Shown one piece after another: positions 52,047 to 61,329 of a stretch of 64,000 nucleotides of DNA. This DNA comes from Chloropicon primus. Taxonomy: Eukaryota. The notes beneath the pieces were generated by a model, which had not been told where the DNA came from, ran no database searches, and was given only the letters and a program-made list of their open reading frames with translations. The number at the start of each line of letters is the position of its first letter. Position 1 is the first letter of the stretch. The translations under genes were made by a program, and so were the position numbers. Where the stretch lies: NCBI GenBank assembly GCA_023205875.1, contig CP060764.1, positions 558,001 through 622,000 of the forward strand, read 5' to 3'.

Positions 52047-52880
52047 TTATTGTGATCCACCGACGAGCCTGTTGGCTTTCGCGCAGCGGATCAGGCCCGT
52101 GGAAGCGATGTGGTTGGTGGGCTCGAGCTCGAGGGCTACCCTGAAGTCCTCCCTCGCCTTGTTGAACCTCTCGAGCTTTTCCAGGGCCAGCCCCCTCCTC
52201 AAGTGGGCCTTCACCTTGAGGTTCCTGTTGTCCGCGAGGATGCCGGTGCCGATGGCGCGGTCGCAGGTCTCCACGACCTGCTCATACTCCCCGACCTGCC
52301 TGTAGCACTCCGCTGTGTTGATCAAAAGGGCAGCCCGCATGCTCTGCTCCTCCTTGCTGCTGTCCTGCAGGAGGAGCGAGATGGACTCCTTGTACAGCTT
52401 GATTGCCTTCTCAAAGTTCCCTTCCTTAAAATGGGCGTTCCCCTGGCGCTTGGCCTCCTCAGCGCTCGTGGGCAGCGTCTTGAGGTGCTCCTCCACCGCT
52501 CTGAGCTCCTGCTTGATCTGCTCGCTGTGGGGGCTCATCCTCAGGCCACACTCGAAGGCTTCCTTCGCCTCCTTGTGCTGGTTCATGTTCACGAGGCAAA
52601 CTCCCGCCCGCCAGTGCCCCTTGACCCAGTTTGGGTTGATCCGAACGGCCTCCCTGGCGTCCGCCAGGCCCTCCTCCCACATCCTGAGCGCCGCGTACGT
52701 CGAAGCCCTGTTCGTCCACACGTCGTACGCCACGGGGTTCGCGTCCAGGGCCTTGGTGTACCACTCAATCGCTTGCCTGAACTGATGCCTGACGTAAAAA
52801 GAGTTCCCGCGCTCCTTCAACACCTGAGCCTTCTTCCTCTGGCCCTCCTCCAATCCCCCCTCCATCGCCGTAGTCGTCAT
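52047..52880 (-). CDS. TPR-repeat protein (STI1/HOP-like co-chaperone domains)
   Basis: Two TPR clamps: LKERGNSFY...NRAST...WVKGHWRAG and KRQGNAHFKEG...KAHLRRG. Confidence 0.85.
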   Translation of the reverse strand: MTTTAMEGGLEEGQRKKAQVLKERGNSFYVRHQFRQAIEWYTKALDANPVAYDVWTNRASTYAALRMWEEGLADAREAVRINPNWVKGHWRAGVCLVNMNQHKEAKEAFECGLRMSPHSEQIKQELRAVEEHLKTLPTSAEEAKRQGNAHFKEGNFEKAIKLYKESISLLLQDSSKEEQSMRAALLINTAECYRQVGEYEQVVETCDRAIGTGILADNRNLKVKAHLRRGLALEKLERFNKAREDFRVALELEPTNHIASTGLIRCAKANRLVGGSQ

Positions 52881-53289
52881 ACGCCAACCCAACCCTTCTG
52901 TAATCCCCAATCCCTTCCCCCCCACAAGAGCAGAGCAAGATCGAGAGAGTTGGATTCCGCGTGGTTGACCCTCACTCGAGGCGCCAGAAAAGTTCAGCGA
53001 GGGTTACTCGATATCGCAAGGTCTTCGGATGCACTTCCGCCTCTCGTCTCTCCCCCCTCCGTTCTCCCGACCGACAACGACAACGAACGACAAGGACAAC
53101 CGCGCTCCGCACTGTCCGAGCGTTTCGATCCCGGCGTTACTTTTGGCTGCTGCTGGCGCCGAGGGGAGGGGACGAGGTGGTTGCGGTCGAGGTTGGCGGG
53201 AAGGACGGGGAACCTTGTGACGGCCCAGTCGTAGCCGTCCTCTCTCCTGTCTCTTGTCTCTTGTCTCTTGTCTCTCTGGGGGCGGCGCG

Positions 53290-54072
53290 ATGAAGGAGGT
53301 TCCGGTGGTCCTGCCGGAGGACGAGGTGCGGATGCATGAGGAGGACAGGAAGGACCTCGACAGGGCCAAGGAGAAGAACAGGGAGACGACCAAGGCGGCG
53401 AAGCGTGCTCTGCGGGTGGCGAGGGAGACGCAGGAGGTGGCGGAGCACACCCTCGCGGCGCTGGATGGGCAAACGGAAAAGATTAACAAGTTGGACGGGA
53501 AGATGGTGGACATGAAGGAGGACGTGAAGAACTCGGAGTCCTACCTGCGGTACATCACGAGGGCTTGCGTCTGCTGCAGTTGCTTCGTCAAAGACCCCAC
53601 GATAAAGGAGGAGGGCCACTGGTCCAAGGAGGTCAAGAAGCAGGCCGCGATCGAGAAGAAGGCCAAAGCCCTGGCGAAAGACAAGGGGAAGGGGAAGGCG
53701 GAAGTCGAGCGCACGTTCAGCGAGACCGGGAGGCCGGACAAGCTCAAGGTGGTTGGGGAGATGGTGCCGATGAAGGTTGTGGGCGGGGAGGACCTCAAAG
53801 AGATCGACGCGGAGTTCTACGTGCAGGACAAGGCTCTGGACGAGATCTCAAGCATCGTGGGCAACCTTCAGGGAATGAGCAAAACCATGGGCGAAGAGAT
53901 TGCGAAGCAGAACGTGATGATCGACGAGCTGGACACGAAGGCGACCCCGCTGAAAGACCGGATCAGGGATATGAACACCAGGACCCGCCTGAACAAGATC
54001 CACCTGAAGAAGGAGTCCAACTCCAGCGTCATCAACGACGTTGGCTCCACCTTGATCAAAACGATGAAGTAA
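53290..54072 (+). CDS. SNAP-25-family Qbc SNARE
   Basis: Two SNARE helices (RALRVARETQEVAEHTLAALDGQTEKI; QDKALDEISSIVGNLQGMSKTMGEEIAKQN) separated by a Cys-cluster linker. Confidence 0.85.
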   Translation: MKEVPVVLPEDEVRMHEEDRKDLDRAKEKNRETTKAAKRALRVARETQEVAEHTLAALDGQTEKINKLDGKMVDMKEDVKNSESYLRYITRACVCCSCFVKDPTIKEEGHWSKEVKKQAAIEKKAKALAKDKGKGKAEVERTFSETGRPDKLKVVGEMVPMKVVGGEDLKEIDAEFYVQDKALDEISSIVGNLQGMSKTMGEEIAKQNVMIDELDTKATPLKDRIRDMNTRTRLNKIHLKKESNSSVINDVGSTLIKTMK

Positions 54073-54114
54073 AACCCCAGCATTCATTCACACGGACACG
54101 GGTCAATTCTTTGG

Positions 54115-55851
54115 TTACACGGTCGGGAGGAACTGTCCCACTCCGTGCTCGTCTGCCGTCTCCCTGAAGTCTTGTTCCACGGACGGCAAAGTCTCTGTTC
54201 CCGGCTCGTACATGATGTAGCCATCGCCGCTCGCGACCTGCTTCATCACCCTGCTCGTGAACAAGCCGAACCTCCCGATGTAGTTCATGAGGCTTGGCCT
54301 CAGTTCTTTCCCCTCCTCCGGCCTCGCCTCCACCTTCCAGCCACAGACCTCGCCGCACCTTTCGCAATGGATTGAACGGTACTGGAGCCCGTAGGGCACC
54401 ACACCTATCAGACCAATCTGGTCTCCCGTCCTGATGTTCGACACTCGAGACATAAATAGGCCCTCACCGTCGCCGTCCGGGTCCAAGTCCTGGGGCAGGA
54501 GCCACCCAGTTCTCGGGTGGCTCAATGTCAAGACTACGTCCGAGGTGAACCCGATGACGCTGCCGCAGGCTCCTGAAGTTGGCGACTGGAATTGGCACCT
54601 CAATAACTCCTTCCCGCCCGAGGCACGGCCGTCCTCCTGAGCGGGTGCCAGAAACCGCTGAACGTAGTGGTGCACCCCAGTGAACCTTCTAAGGAGCATG
54701 AGGTACTCCATGATCGCGCTGGTGTTCAGGTCGTGGGAAACCACGGCCTCCGCGAATGCCACGTTCTTTGCATCCACGCTTGTGAGGTCGAACTTGAACC
54801 CCACGTAAACGCCGCACCCTGAGCAGTAGAGCTGGTGGATGATGGGGCTGTTGAGCACCCTTGCCAGTTTGTTATACTGGATGTAACGGATGCTGTACTC
54901 CTTCTGCAAATACATGTCGAGCATTTGAAGCACTTTCGTGTCCATCGTGGAAAGCGTGATCATCCCTTCGCTCTTCGTCCTCACGCCTCTCAGTCCGTCT
55001 GGCGGTTCTTTTACGACCGCGAACTTGCCAGAGTCCCCCGAAAGCCCCATCCGCAGACCCCTCAAGACCTCTTTCTTGTGATAGATACGTTTTTTGCAAG
55101 CCTTGCATTCGTACCAGCCGCTCTCGTCGCACAGACGGCCGCACGTCTCCCCGAGCCGCTTGCAGCTCAGGGCGAGTCCCGCCAGATCTCGTGAACAAAG
55201 GTTCCCAGCACAGATCAGGGACAGGACTGACTCAGGGAGATCATCCAGGCCCCCCGGCCTCGCGTTCTCCACCTCGCCGTTCCCCCCCGCTCCCTCTTCC
55301 CCGTTCCTCCTCCCAATGATTTCCAGGATCTCATCCAGTGACGCCTTCACCCCCGCGCTCCCCGTCGTGGTGTCCAGCCGAACATAGTAGTCCGCTCCCA
55401 GCACCAGCGGGTCGTACTCAAAGCTTCCATGGTACGACCGAATCAAGCCCTGCAGCTCGTCCCAAGTCTGCGGCTTGTGGCCGTCTCGGGCGGACGAGGT
55501 GGAGGCCCTCTCCTCCAGCCTCCTTTTCCACACTTGCTCGTTCGAGGCGTAGCACTCGACCACAAACAGCTTCGCCGCTGGCCCGGCCGCCTCCTTCGCT
55601 TGCTCGAATTGCCGCTCGCTCGATAGGGTTGCGTCCACCACGCAGGTGACTCCTAACCTCGCCTGCTGCTTCACGACACTCCACAACACTCGAAGAGAGA
55701 TTTCGTTCGCGTCTTCCTCCGTCCTTCCCACGAGCTCTGCTTTGATATCATCCTTGTCCAAGAGCGGCAACTTGGCCCTCCGAGCCAACTCCCTCGCGAC
55801 CGTCGACTTCCCACTGCACGGGTGGCCCTTCAACACCACAACCCAACCCAT
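54115..55851 (-). CDS. P-loop kinase (AAA_33-like) + F-box + two Yippee/Mis18-like Zn domains
   Basis: KGHPCSGKST...LLDKDDIK; LDDLPESVLSLIC...DLAGLALSCKRL; YECKAC...LYCSGCGVYVGFKF; C..(GACG)...IHCERCGEVCGWK...YIGRF. Confidence 0.72.
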   Translation of the reverse strand: MGWVVVLKGHPCSGKSTVARELARRAKLPLLDKDDIKAELVGRTEEDANEISLRVLWSVVKQQARLGVTCVVDATLSSERQFEQAKEAAGPAAKLFVVECYASNEQVWKRRLEERASTSSARDGHKPQTWDELQGLIRSYHGSFEYDPLVLGADYYVRLDTTTGSAGVKASLDEILEIIGRRNGEEGAGGNGEVENARPGGLDDLPESVLSLICAGNLCSRDLAGLALSCKRLGETCGRLCDESGWYECKACKKRIYHKKEVLRGLRMGLSGDSGKFAVVKEPPDGLRGVRTKSEGMITLSTMDTKVLQMLDMYLQKEYSIRYIQYNKLARVLNSPIIHQLYCSGCGVYVGFKFDLTSVDAKNVAFAEAVVSHDLNTSAIMEYLMLLRRFTGVHHYVQRFLAPAQEDGRASGGKELLRCQFQSPTSGACGSVIGFTSDVVLTLSHPRTGWLLPQDLDPDGDGEGLFMSRVSNIRTGDQIGLIGVVPYGLQYRSIHCERCGEVCGWKVEARPEEGKELRPSLMNYIGRFGLFTSRVMKQVASGDGYIMYEPGTETLPSVEQDFRETADEHGVGQFLPTV

Positions 55852-56020
55852 CACGGGCAGCAAACCCGAAGATAAGATATTGATTATTGATAAGGGGAAC
55901 GAAGGAGAGCGAGAGGTCGAACTGGGTTGGTGCTGCTTCGTCTGATGAGTGGTAGACGTGGTGGTGGTGAGGGAGCGGAAGGACAGAGGAAGTCCACAGG
56001 TGGGTGACCGTGTGCCCGCC

Positions 56021-56773
56021 ATGCTGAGGTTTCTCAGGCCAGCAATCTCTATCTCTGCGTGGAGGAAACCATCATCATCATCGTCATCAACAACATCATC
56101 AACAACAACAACATCAACGTTATTGTTATCGTGGAGGCTGGCTTGCAAGGGTGGCGAGGAGGAGCGCGGGTACCAGACCATTGCGGGCGTGACTCGAGCC
56201 GAGCTTGAGGCGAAGAAGTCCAAGTTCGTGGCGATTGCTGCACCGGTGCGGACGCCCGACGAGGCGATGGAGTTTCTTCGTGGCGAGGCGGACGCGGCGG
56301 CTTCTCACAACTGCTTTGCGTATAAGATCGGCTGGGAGCAAAGGTCGAGCGATGATGGCGAGCCTTCGGGGACAGCGGGCCGCCCGATCCTCTCCTCCAT
56401 CGAGCAAGAGCAACTGGACGGCGTCTGCGTGGTCGTGACACGGTACTTCGGAGGCGTGAAGCTGGGGACAGGTGGCCTCGTGCGAGCCTACGGCCAGTCT
56501 GCGCGAGAGTGCTTGAAGCTCGCGGACCGGGTCGAGGTGAAGCCAATGCTGCGGAGGCAGCTCGCGGTGGGCTTCGAGGACATCGGCCCCGTCTTCAGCT
56601 TCCTCGACGCCTCGCAGGACCTCTTGCGGAGGGTCAGGGAGGACGCGTACGTCGACGAGGGCGTCGTGGTGACCGTCGAGATGGGTGTGGAAGCCGCGGG
56701 GGAGGTGGACGACCACCTGAAGCAGGTGACGCGCGGAAGGGTCTTCCTGCGAGACCTCGGAGAAAGCAAATGA
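56021..56773 (+). CDS. IMPACT/YigZ family protein (UPF0029)
   Basis: KKSKFVA, ASHNCFAY, DDGEPSGTAGRPIL, VTRYFGGVKLGTGGLVRAY. Confidence 0.93.
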   Translation: MLRFLRPAISISAWRKPSSSSSSTTSSTTTTSTLLLSWRLACKGGEEERGYQTIAGVTRAELEAKKSKFVAIAAPVRTPDEAMEFLRGEADAAASHNCFAYKIGWEQRSSDDGEPSGTAGRPILSSIEQEQLDGVCVVVTRYFGGVKLGTGGLVRAYGQSARECLKLADRVEVKPMLRRQLAVGFEDIGPVFSFLDASQDLLRRVREDAYVDEGVVVTVEMGVEAAGEVDDHLKQVTRGRVFLRDLGESK

Positions 56774-56818
56774 GCTCTTGTGTTGCATTGCATCATCACC
56801 TTTCGTCGTCGTCGGTTT

Positions 56819-56976
56819 CCACCTCAGCTTCCTTCTGCGAAGGCGTACAAGTGCGAGGTGTGTGGCTTCAAGTGCGTTCGGGACGACAACGCGGCAATGC
56901 GGCTTCTCAAGCACTTGTGTGCATGCAATCGATCAAAAGTAATGTAGGCTCTTCGGGACCTGGTCCCTGGAGGATG
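56819..56976 (+). mobile_element. 3'-terminal remnant of a TnpB/Fanzor-like RNA-guided nuclease gene with a downstream hairpin (putative non-autonomous element / omegaRNA scaffold)
   Basis: Hand translation of 56819-56947: PPQLPSAKAYKCEVCGFKCVRDDNAAMRLLKHLCACNRSKVM*, i.e. a second Zn-ribbon CxxCG plus the RuvC-III RDxNAA motif. No upstream start or RuvC-I/II. Palindrome GGGACC-T-GGTCCC at 56955-56967. Confidence 0.65.
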
Positions 56977-57011
56977 CCCCCTAAAACCCTAAAACCCCTA
57001 AAACCCTAAAA
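56977..57011. repeat. Interstitial telomere-type repeat, four units of CCCTAAAA (TTTTAGGG on the minus strand)
   Basis: CCCCCTAAAA CCCTAAAA CCCCTAAAA CCCTAAAA read directly; TTTTAGGG is a known green-algal telomere motif. Confidence 0.85.
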
Positions 57012-57313
57012 TTCGGTCCCATCTTCTGGATTTCTTTCAACGGGTTCGACGGCGGAAGAGACAGTCGCGGACTGACACGGACTGTGACTGTGACTGTGAC
57101 TTGTGCGGCGACGCGGGGGCGTGACAGGCGACGGGGAGGGCTCTTCGTTTTCGGCTGCGGACCGAGTGGCTTGGCTTCTTTCTTGCGTCTTTTTTTCCCC
57201 GTCTTCGTCTTGTTTTCTTTTTTCGGAGGAGGAGGAGGGAGTCGCGCCGTGACGTGGCTTGAGGAATCTGCTGGACTCTCTCTCTCTCTTCTTGACGCTC
57301 GCGCTTGACGACG

Positions 57314-59377
57314 ATGCAGAGAAAGGTGGTGGTGAGGGAGAGGAGGGAGTACGCGGCGGCGCGCGGCGGGCTGTCGTCCTCCAAACCGAACTCCACGTCA
57401 AGCTTGAGGCGGGTGGAGAGGAAGACGACGCCTCTGCAGAGGGGGGAAAGGCTCAGGACGAATGTCGCCATGCCGAAGCGGCCACCGACGCACCACACGG
57501 CGAGTAGGTCCAAGGTGGAGCTCATCAAGGAGAGGAGCGACTACTTGCGCCACCCCCTGCTCGAGGACCTCGTGGACGGGAAGCCGAACGTGAGCAACGA
57601 CTCGGTCCAGCTCATCAAGTTCCACGGGTCTTACATGCAGGACGACAGGGAGGCGAGGGCTTTCGGCCGGGGAAAGGCGTACCAGTTCATGCTCCGGACG
57701 AGGCAGCCGGGAGGTTTCGTCTCCAACAAGCTTTACCTGACGATGGACGACCTCGCCACGGATTTCGGGAGCGGGACCCTGCGACTGACGACCAGGCAGA
57801 CCTACCAGCTCCACGGCGTCCTGAAGGACGACCTCAAGTCCGTCTTCAGCACCATCATCAAATCGATGGGGTCCACGCTCGGGGCCTGCGGGGACGTGAA
57901 CAGGAACGTCCTGGCGCCGCCCCACCCGTACAAGAACAGGAAGGACTACGTGCACGCGCAGGAGTTGGCCAACAACATCGCTGACCTGCTCGCTCCGCAG
58001 TCGGGGGCGTACTACGACGTGTGGCTGGACGGCGAGAAGTTCATGACGGCCGAGAAGGAGGACCCGAAGGTCACCGAGGATAGGGCCTTCAACGGGTTCG
58101 GAACGAACTTCGAGGGCTCCCCCGAGCCCCTGTACGGGGCGCAGTTCCTGCCCAGGAAGTTCAAGATCGCGATCACCGTCCCGGGGGACAACTCGATAGA
58201 CGTGCTGACCAACGACGTCGCGATTGTCGTGATGACTGGCGACGACGGCGAGGTGTGCGGCTACAACATTCTGGCCGGAGGCGGGATGGGGAGGACTCAC
58301 AACAACCAGAGCACCTTCCCGACCCTGACGGAGCCTTTGGGCTACGTGGACAAGGACGACATCTATCACATCTGCAAGGCGATTCTCGCGACGCAGAGGG
58401 ACTACGGAAGGAGGGACGACAGGAGGCAGAGCAGGCTCAAGTACCTCGTGCACTCGTGGGGCATCGACAAGTTCAGGCTCGTGGTGGAGCAGTACTTTGG
58501 AAAGAAGATGCAGCCGTTCAAGCCCTTGCCAAAGTGGGAGCACAAGAACTACCTGGGCTGGGGGGAACAAGGGGACGGCAACCTCTTTTACGGAGTCTTC
58601 GTGATGAACGGCAGGCTCAAGGGAGAGGGGAAGAAGATGCTCAGGCACCTGATCGAGAAGCACGAGCTGACCGTGATGATCAGCGCGGAGCAGAACCTCA
58701 TCTTGTGCGACATCAAGCCAGAGTGGAAGCAGGAGATCCAGGAGAGCCTGGAGAGCGTGGGGTACGTCGACTACGAGAAGTCAGACCCCCTGGACGTGAA
58801 GTCGATGGCATGCCCCGCCCTGCCCTTGTGCGGGCTGGCCCTCACCGAGGCGGAGAGGGGGATGCCCCAGATCAACGAGAGGATCCGCCGCTTGATGACC
58901 AAGGTCGGCCTGCCAAGCGACGACGGCTTCGTCATCAGGATGACGGGGTGCCCCAACGGGTGCGCCAGACCTTACATGGCCGAGCTCGGCTTTGTCGGGG
59001 ACGGCCCAAACAGCTACCAGCTGTGGCTCGGGGGGAGCCCCAACCACACGAGGCTGGCGGAGCCCTTCTTGGACAAGATGAAGATCGACAAGATGGAGGA
59101 GACCCTCGAGCCTCTCTTCTACTTCTTCAAGACCAGGAGGGCCTCCGCGGAGGAGTCTTTCGGCGATTTCTGCGCCAGGGTCGGCTTTGACGTCCTCCGG
59201 GTGTACACCAAGGCCTACGTCCCACCCCCCTCCATCGCTCAGCTCCCCAGAGTCGGCGTGGAGGCCGAGGCTTTCGAGCAGCTCAAAGCCATTGCCGAGA
59301 AGCAGAACAAAACTTTGTCCGAGGTCGCCACGGAGGCCATCGCGGCCTACAGCGCCTTTGCCCTCAAGGGCAAGTGA
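57314..59377 (+). CDS. SIR: Ferredoxin-dependent sulfite reductase, plastid
   Basis: [42 protein letters not shown]; siroheme/4Fe-4S ligands [12 protein letters not shown] and [11 protein letters not shown]. Confidence 0.96.
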   Translation: MQRKVVVRERREYAAARGGLSSSKPNSTSSLRRVERKTTPLQRGERLRTNVAMPKRPPTHHTASRSKVELIKERSDYLRHPLLEDLVDGKPNVSNDSVQLIKFHGSYMQDDREARAFGRGKAYQFMLRTRQPGGFVSNKLYLTMDDLATDFGSGTLRLTTRQTYQLHGVLKDDLKSVFSTIIKSMGSTLGACGDVNRNVLAPPHPYKNRKDYVHAQELANNIADLLAPQSGAYYDVWLDGEKFMTAEKEDPKVTEDRAFNGFGTNFEGSPEPLYGAQFLPRKFKIAITVPGDNSIDVLTNDVAIVVMTGDDGEVCGYNILAGGGMGRTHNNQSTFPTLTEPLGYVDKDDIYHICKAILATQRDYGRRDDRRQSRLKYLVHSWGIDKFRLVVEQYFGKKMQPFKPLPKWEHKNYLGWGEQGDGNLFYGVFVMNGRLKGEGKKMLRHLIEKHELTVMISAEQNLILCDIKPEWKQEIQESLESVGYVDYEKSDPLDVKSMACPALPLCGLALTEAERGMPQINERIRRLMTKVGLPSDDGFVIRMTGCPNGCARPYMAELGFVGDGPNSYQLWLGGSPNHTRLAEPFLDKMKIDKMEETLEPLFYFFKTRRASAEESFGDFCARVGFDVLRVYTKAYVPPPSIAQLPRVGVEAEAFEQLKAIAEKQNKTLSEVATEAIAAYSAFALKGK

Positions 59378-59538
59378 CCGCTGCTCGAGTAGTGCCGCTG
59401 CCGGTTAGTAAAACAAGAAATTGATTGTGTAACTCATCCTTAGCGTCGGTTGAACGAAGTGTGCGCCCAAGCACCAGTGAAAAGAAGAGGTATTAGATTA
59501 CCCTGCTGTGAAAATGAATTAAAAACGCATGCGGACAC

Positions 59539-59725
59539 TTAGGCGAACATCTCCTCGAGCGCCTTGGTGTTACCCCAAAAGAAGTGAGCCCTGGCGATCT
59601 TTCCGTCCTTGACAGTCCATTCCTGAAGATCGCACTGTGGCCCAACGCTCTTGCCGGAGGCCTTGACAACAGGCTCGTAGGTGGCCTTCATGTAAACCTT
59701 GTGTGTGCTGTGGTTTGCCTCGCTC
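59539..59725 (-). pseudogene. C-terminal fragment of a SnoaL/NTF2-like protein
   Basis: YMKATYEPVVKASGKSV...QEWTVKDGKIARAHFFWGNT..LEEMFA* has coding-like codons and a SnoaL-like terminal strand pattern, but there is no room for a full N-terminus before the COPE stop. Confidence 0.4.
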
Positions 59726-59821
59726 GGGTCGGGTTGTTTCGCAACCGACCGACACGACGAGACCGACACGAAAGAGGAAGAGTATAATAAAGTATCCTTC
59801 GTGCATCCTTCGCTTAAGGGA

Positions 59822-60703
59822 CTAAAAAGCAGCCGCGGCTTGGGCGAATTTCTCCTCCAGGGAGTCCATCTTGCGAACGAGCGGGTGGTTTGGGCTGGCC
59901 GTCTTCAGCTGCGCGAGGTACTTGGCGGCCGGCTTCTGCAGGTGCAGGCTCGCCGTCACGGCGTTGGCCAGGGTGTCCGCGTTCCTCGGGTCCTTGCTCA
60001 AGGCCTCGAGAATCTGCTTCTCCGCGGAATCGAACTTTCCCATCACCATGTTGCAGATCGCGCTCCCGTTCAGCAGCTTGGGCGTCCAGTTGAACCGGTC
60101 CCCGAGCTCCTGAAAGATGTACTGGGCCTCCTGAACGTGGTCTCCCCCGAGCTGGATGTCCACCCAGGCGTTCGCGAGCTGCGTGAGAGGCGCGTCGTCG
60201 TCCTTCTGCTGCATGACGTCCAAGAGCTTCTTGGCAACGTCCGGCCGCTCTATTTGGAGGGCCACCTGGATAGCGAGAGCGAGAAGCTCGAGGGACCCCG
60301 CGCTCGAGCAGCACTTCATGGCCTCCTCGTACTTCTCCGTTGCCATGTAAATCTCTCCGCAGAGCTCGGACAGGAGCAAGTTGCTGGCGTACGCCTCGTC
60401 GCTCAGCCACTCCTCGACCTGCTCCACGACCTCGTCCTTCTTGCTGGGGTCGAGCCTCACCGTCGCAAGAAGCTTGCAAGCCTGCAACGCCACCTCGCTG
60501 TCGTCCGTCACCTCCTCGATGCACACGTTCGGCTGCCCCATCTCTATGTACGCCCGGTACTTGAACACCTCTCGGCTCACCGTCTCCGCACCTCCCAAGT
60601 CGTCGTGCTCCAAGTCCTGCGCCTCTCCTATCGCCGCTTGGTACGCTCCCAAGTGAAAGTTGTTCCGCAGCGCGTACAGCAAATCCCTTCCTCCCTCCGC
60701 CAT
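59822..60703 (-). CDS. COPE: Coatomer subunit epsilon
   Basis: LYALRNNFHLGAYQAAI, YRAYI, DDAPLTQLANAW, QEAQYIFQEL, LLNGSA, EALSKDP. Confidence 0.94.
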   Translation of the reverse strand: MAEGGRDLLYALRNNFHLGAYQAAIGEAQDLEHDDLGGAETVSREVFKYRAYIEMGQPNVCIEEVTDDSEVALQACKLLATVRLDPSKKDEVVEQVEEWLSDEAYASNLLLSELCGEIYMATEKYEEAMKCCSSAGSLELLALAIQVALQIERPDVAKKLLDVMQQKDDDAPLTQLANAWVDIQLGGDHVQEAQYIFQELGDRFNWTPKLLNGSAICNMVMGKFDSAEKQILEALSKDPRNADTLANAVTASLHLQKPAAKYLAQLKTASPNHPLVRKMDSLEEKFAQAAAAF

Positions 60704-61102
60704 CCTTCCACAAAACCTAAACAAAACAAAACAACCAAAAGCCTCCTCCCCTCTCTCGACCCTCGCCCCTTCCGGCTTTGCTCCGCAAAGGTTGTTCCTC
60801 CGCAAACCCTCGCTCCGCTTCGCTCTCGGCGCGACCACGTGTCACACGTGTAACACGTGCATAGAACGAGCGGTCGTTGAGAGAGGAGGAGCCAAGGAGA
60901 AAGAGCTGTGGCAACAGTCGGCGGCTTGGATTGGCTTGACGACGACGAGGACGAAGACGACGAGGGAGAAAGGTATTCGAGGAGGGAGCGACGAGTGCGC
61001 GCGTTCGTGCTTCCAAGGGAAAAGGGAGGGAGAAGGGAGCGAGGAGGAGATTGGACACCAGCTTCGGGATTGGATTGGGATCGGGATTGGGATTGGATCC
61101 AA

Positions 61103-61155
61103 ACACACACACACACACACACACGCACGCACGCACGCACGCGCGCGCGCACACA
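61103..61155. repeat. Compound microsatellite (AC)n-(ACGC)n-(CG)n, preceded by (GGATTG)n at ~61067-61097
   Basis: Directly visible in the COPE / RETICULATA-related divergent intergenic region. Confidence 0.85.
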
Positions 61156-61329
61156 CCCAAGGAGCAGGAGTGAACCGCGCGAGCACGTGGGTGTGACTCG
61201 ATCGGACGGAGGAAGACACGAGTTCGTAGTCGAGAGGCTTGCTTGGAGTGGAGGAATAATTCTTCTCGATAACTCCATCACCGTCACCGTCACCGTAATA
61301 ATCTGTTGTCGAGAATAGACCAGAAGGCG

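Noticed and set aside
55852..56223. N-terminal extension of the 702-aa ORF (similarly 34448-35183 and 40518-41102)
   Set aside because: Low-complexity open frame overlapping a divergent neighbouring gene; downstream ATGs fit the domain starts better
56771..56947. Stop-codon read-through fusing IMPACT to the in-frame TnpB-like tail
   Set aside because: The shared frame has a 1-in-3 chance; the TGA-GCT context is not a typical read-through signal and the intervening codons look non-coding
56977..57011. Telomerase RNA gene
   Set aside because: Four repeat units exceed the usual ~1.5-unit template, and I could not identify a Pol III USE/TATA promoter or a terminator arrangement; kept only as a minor alternative
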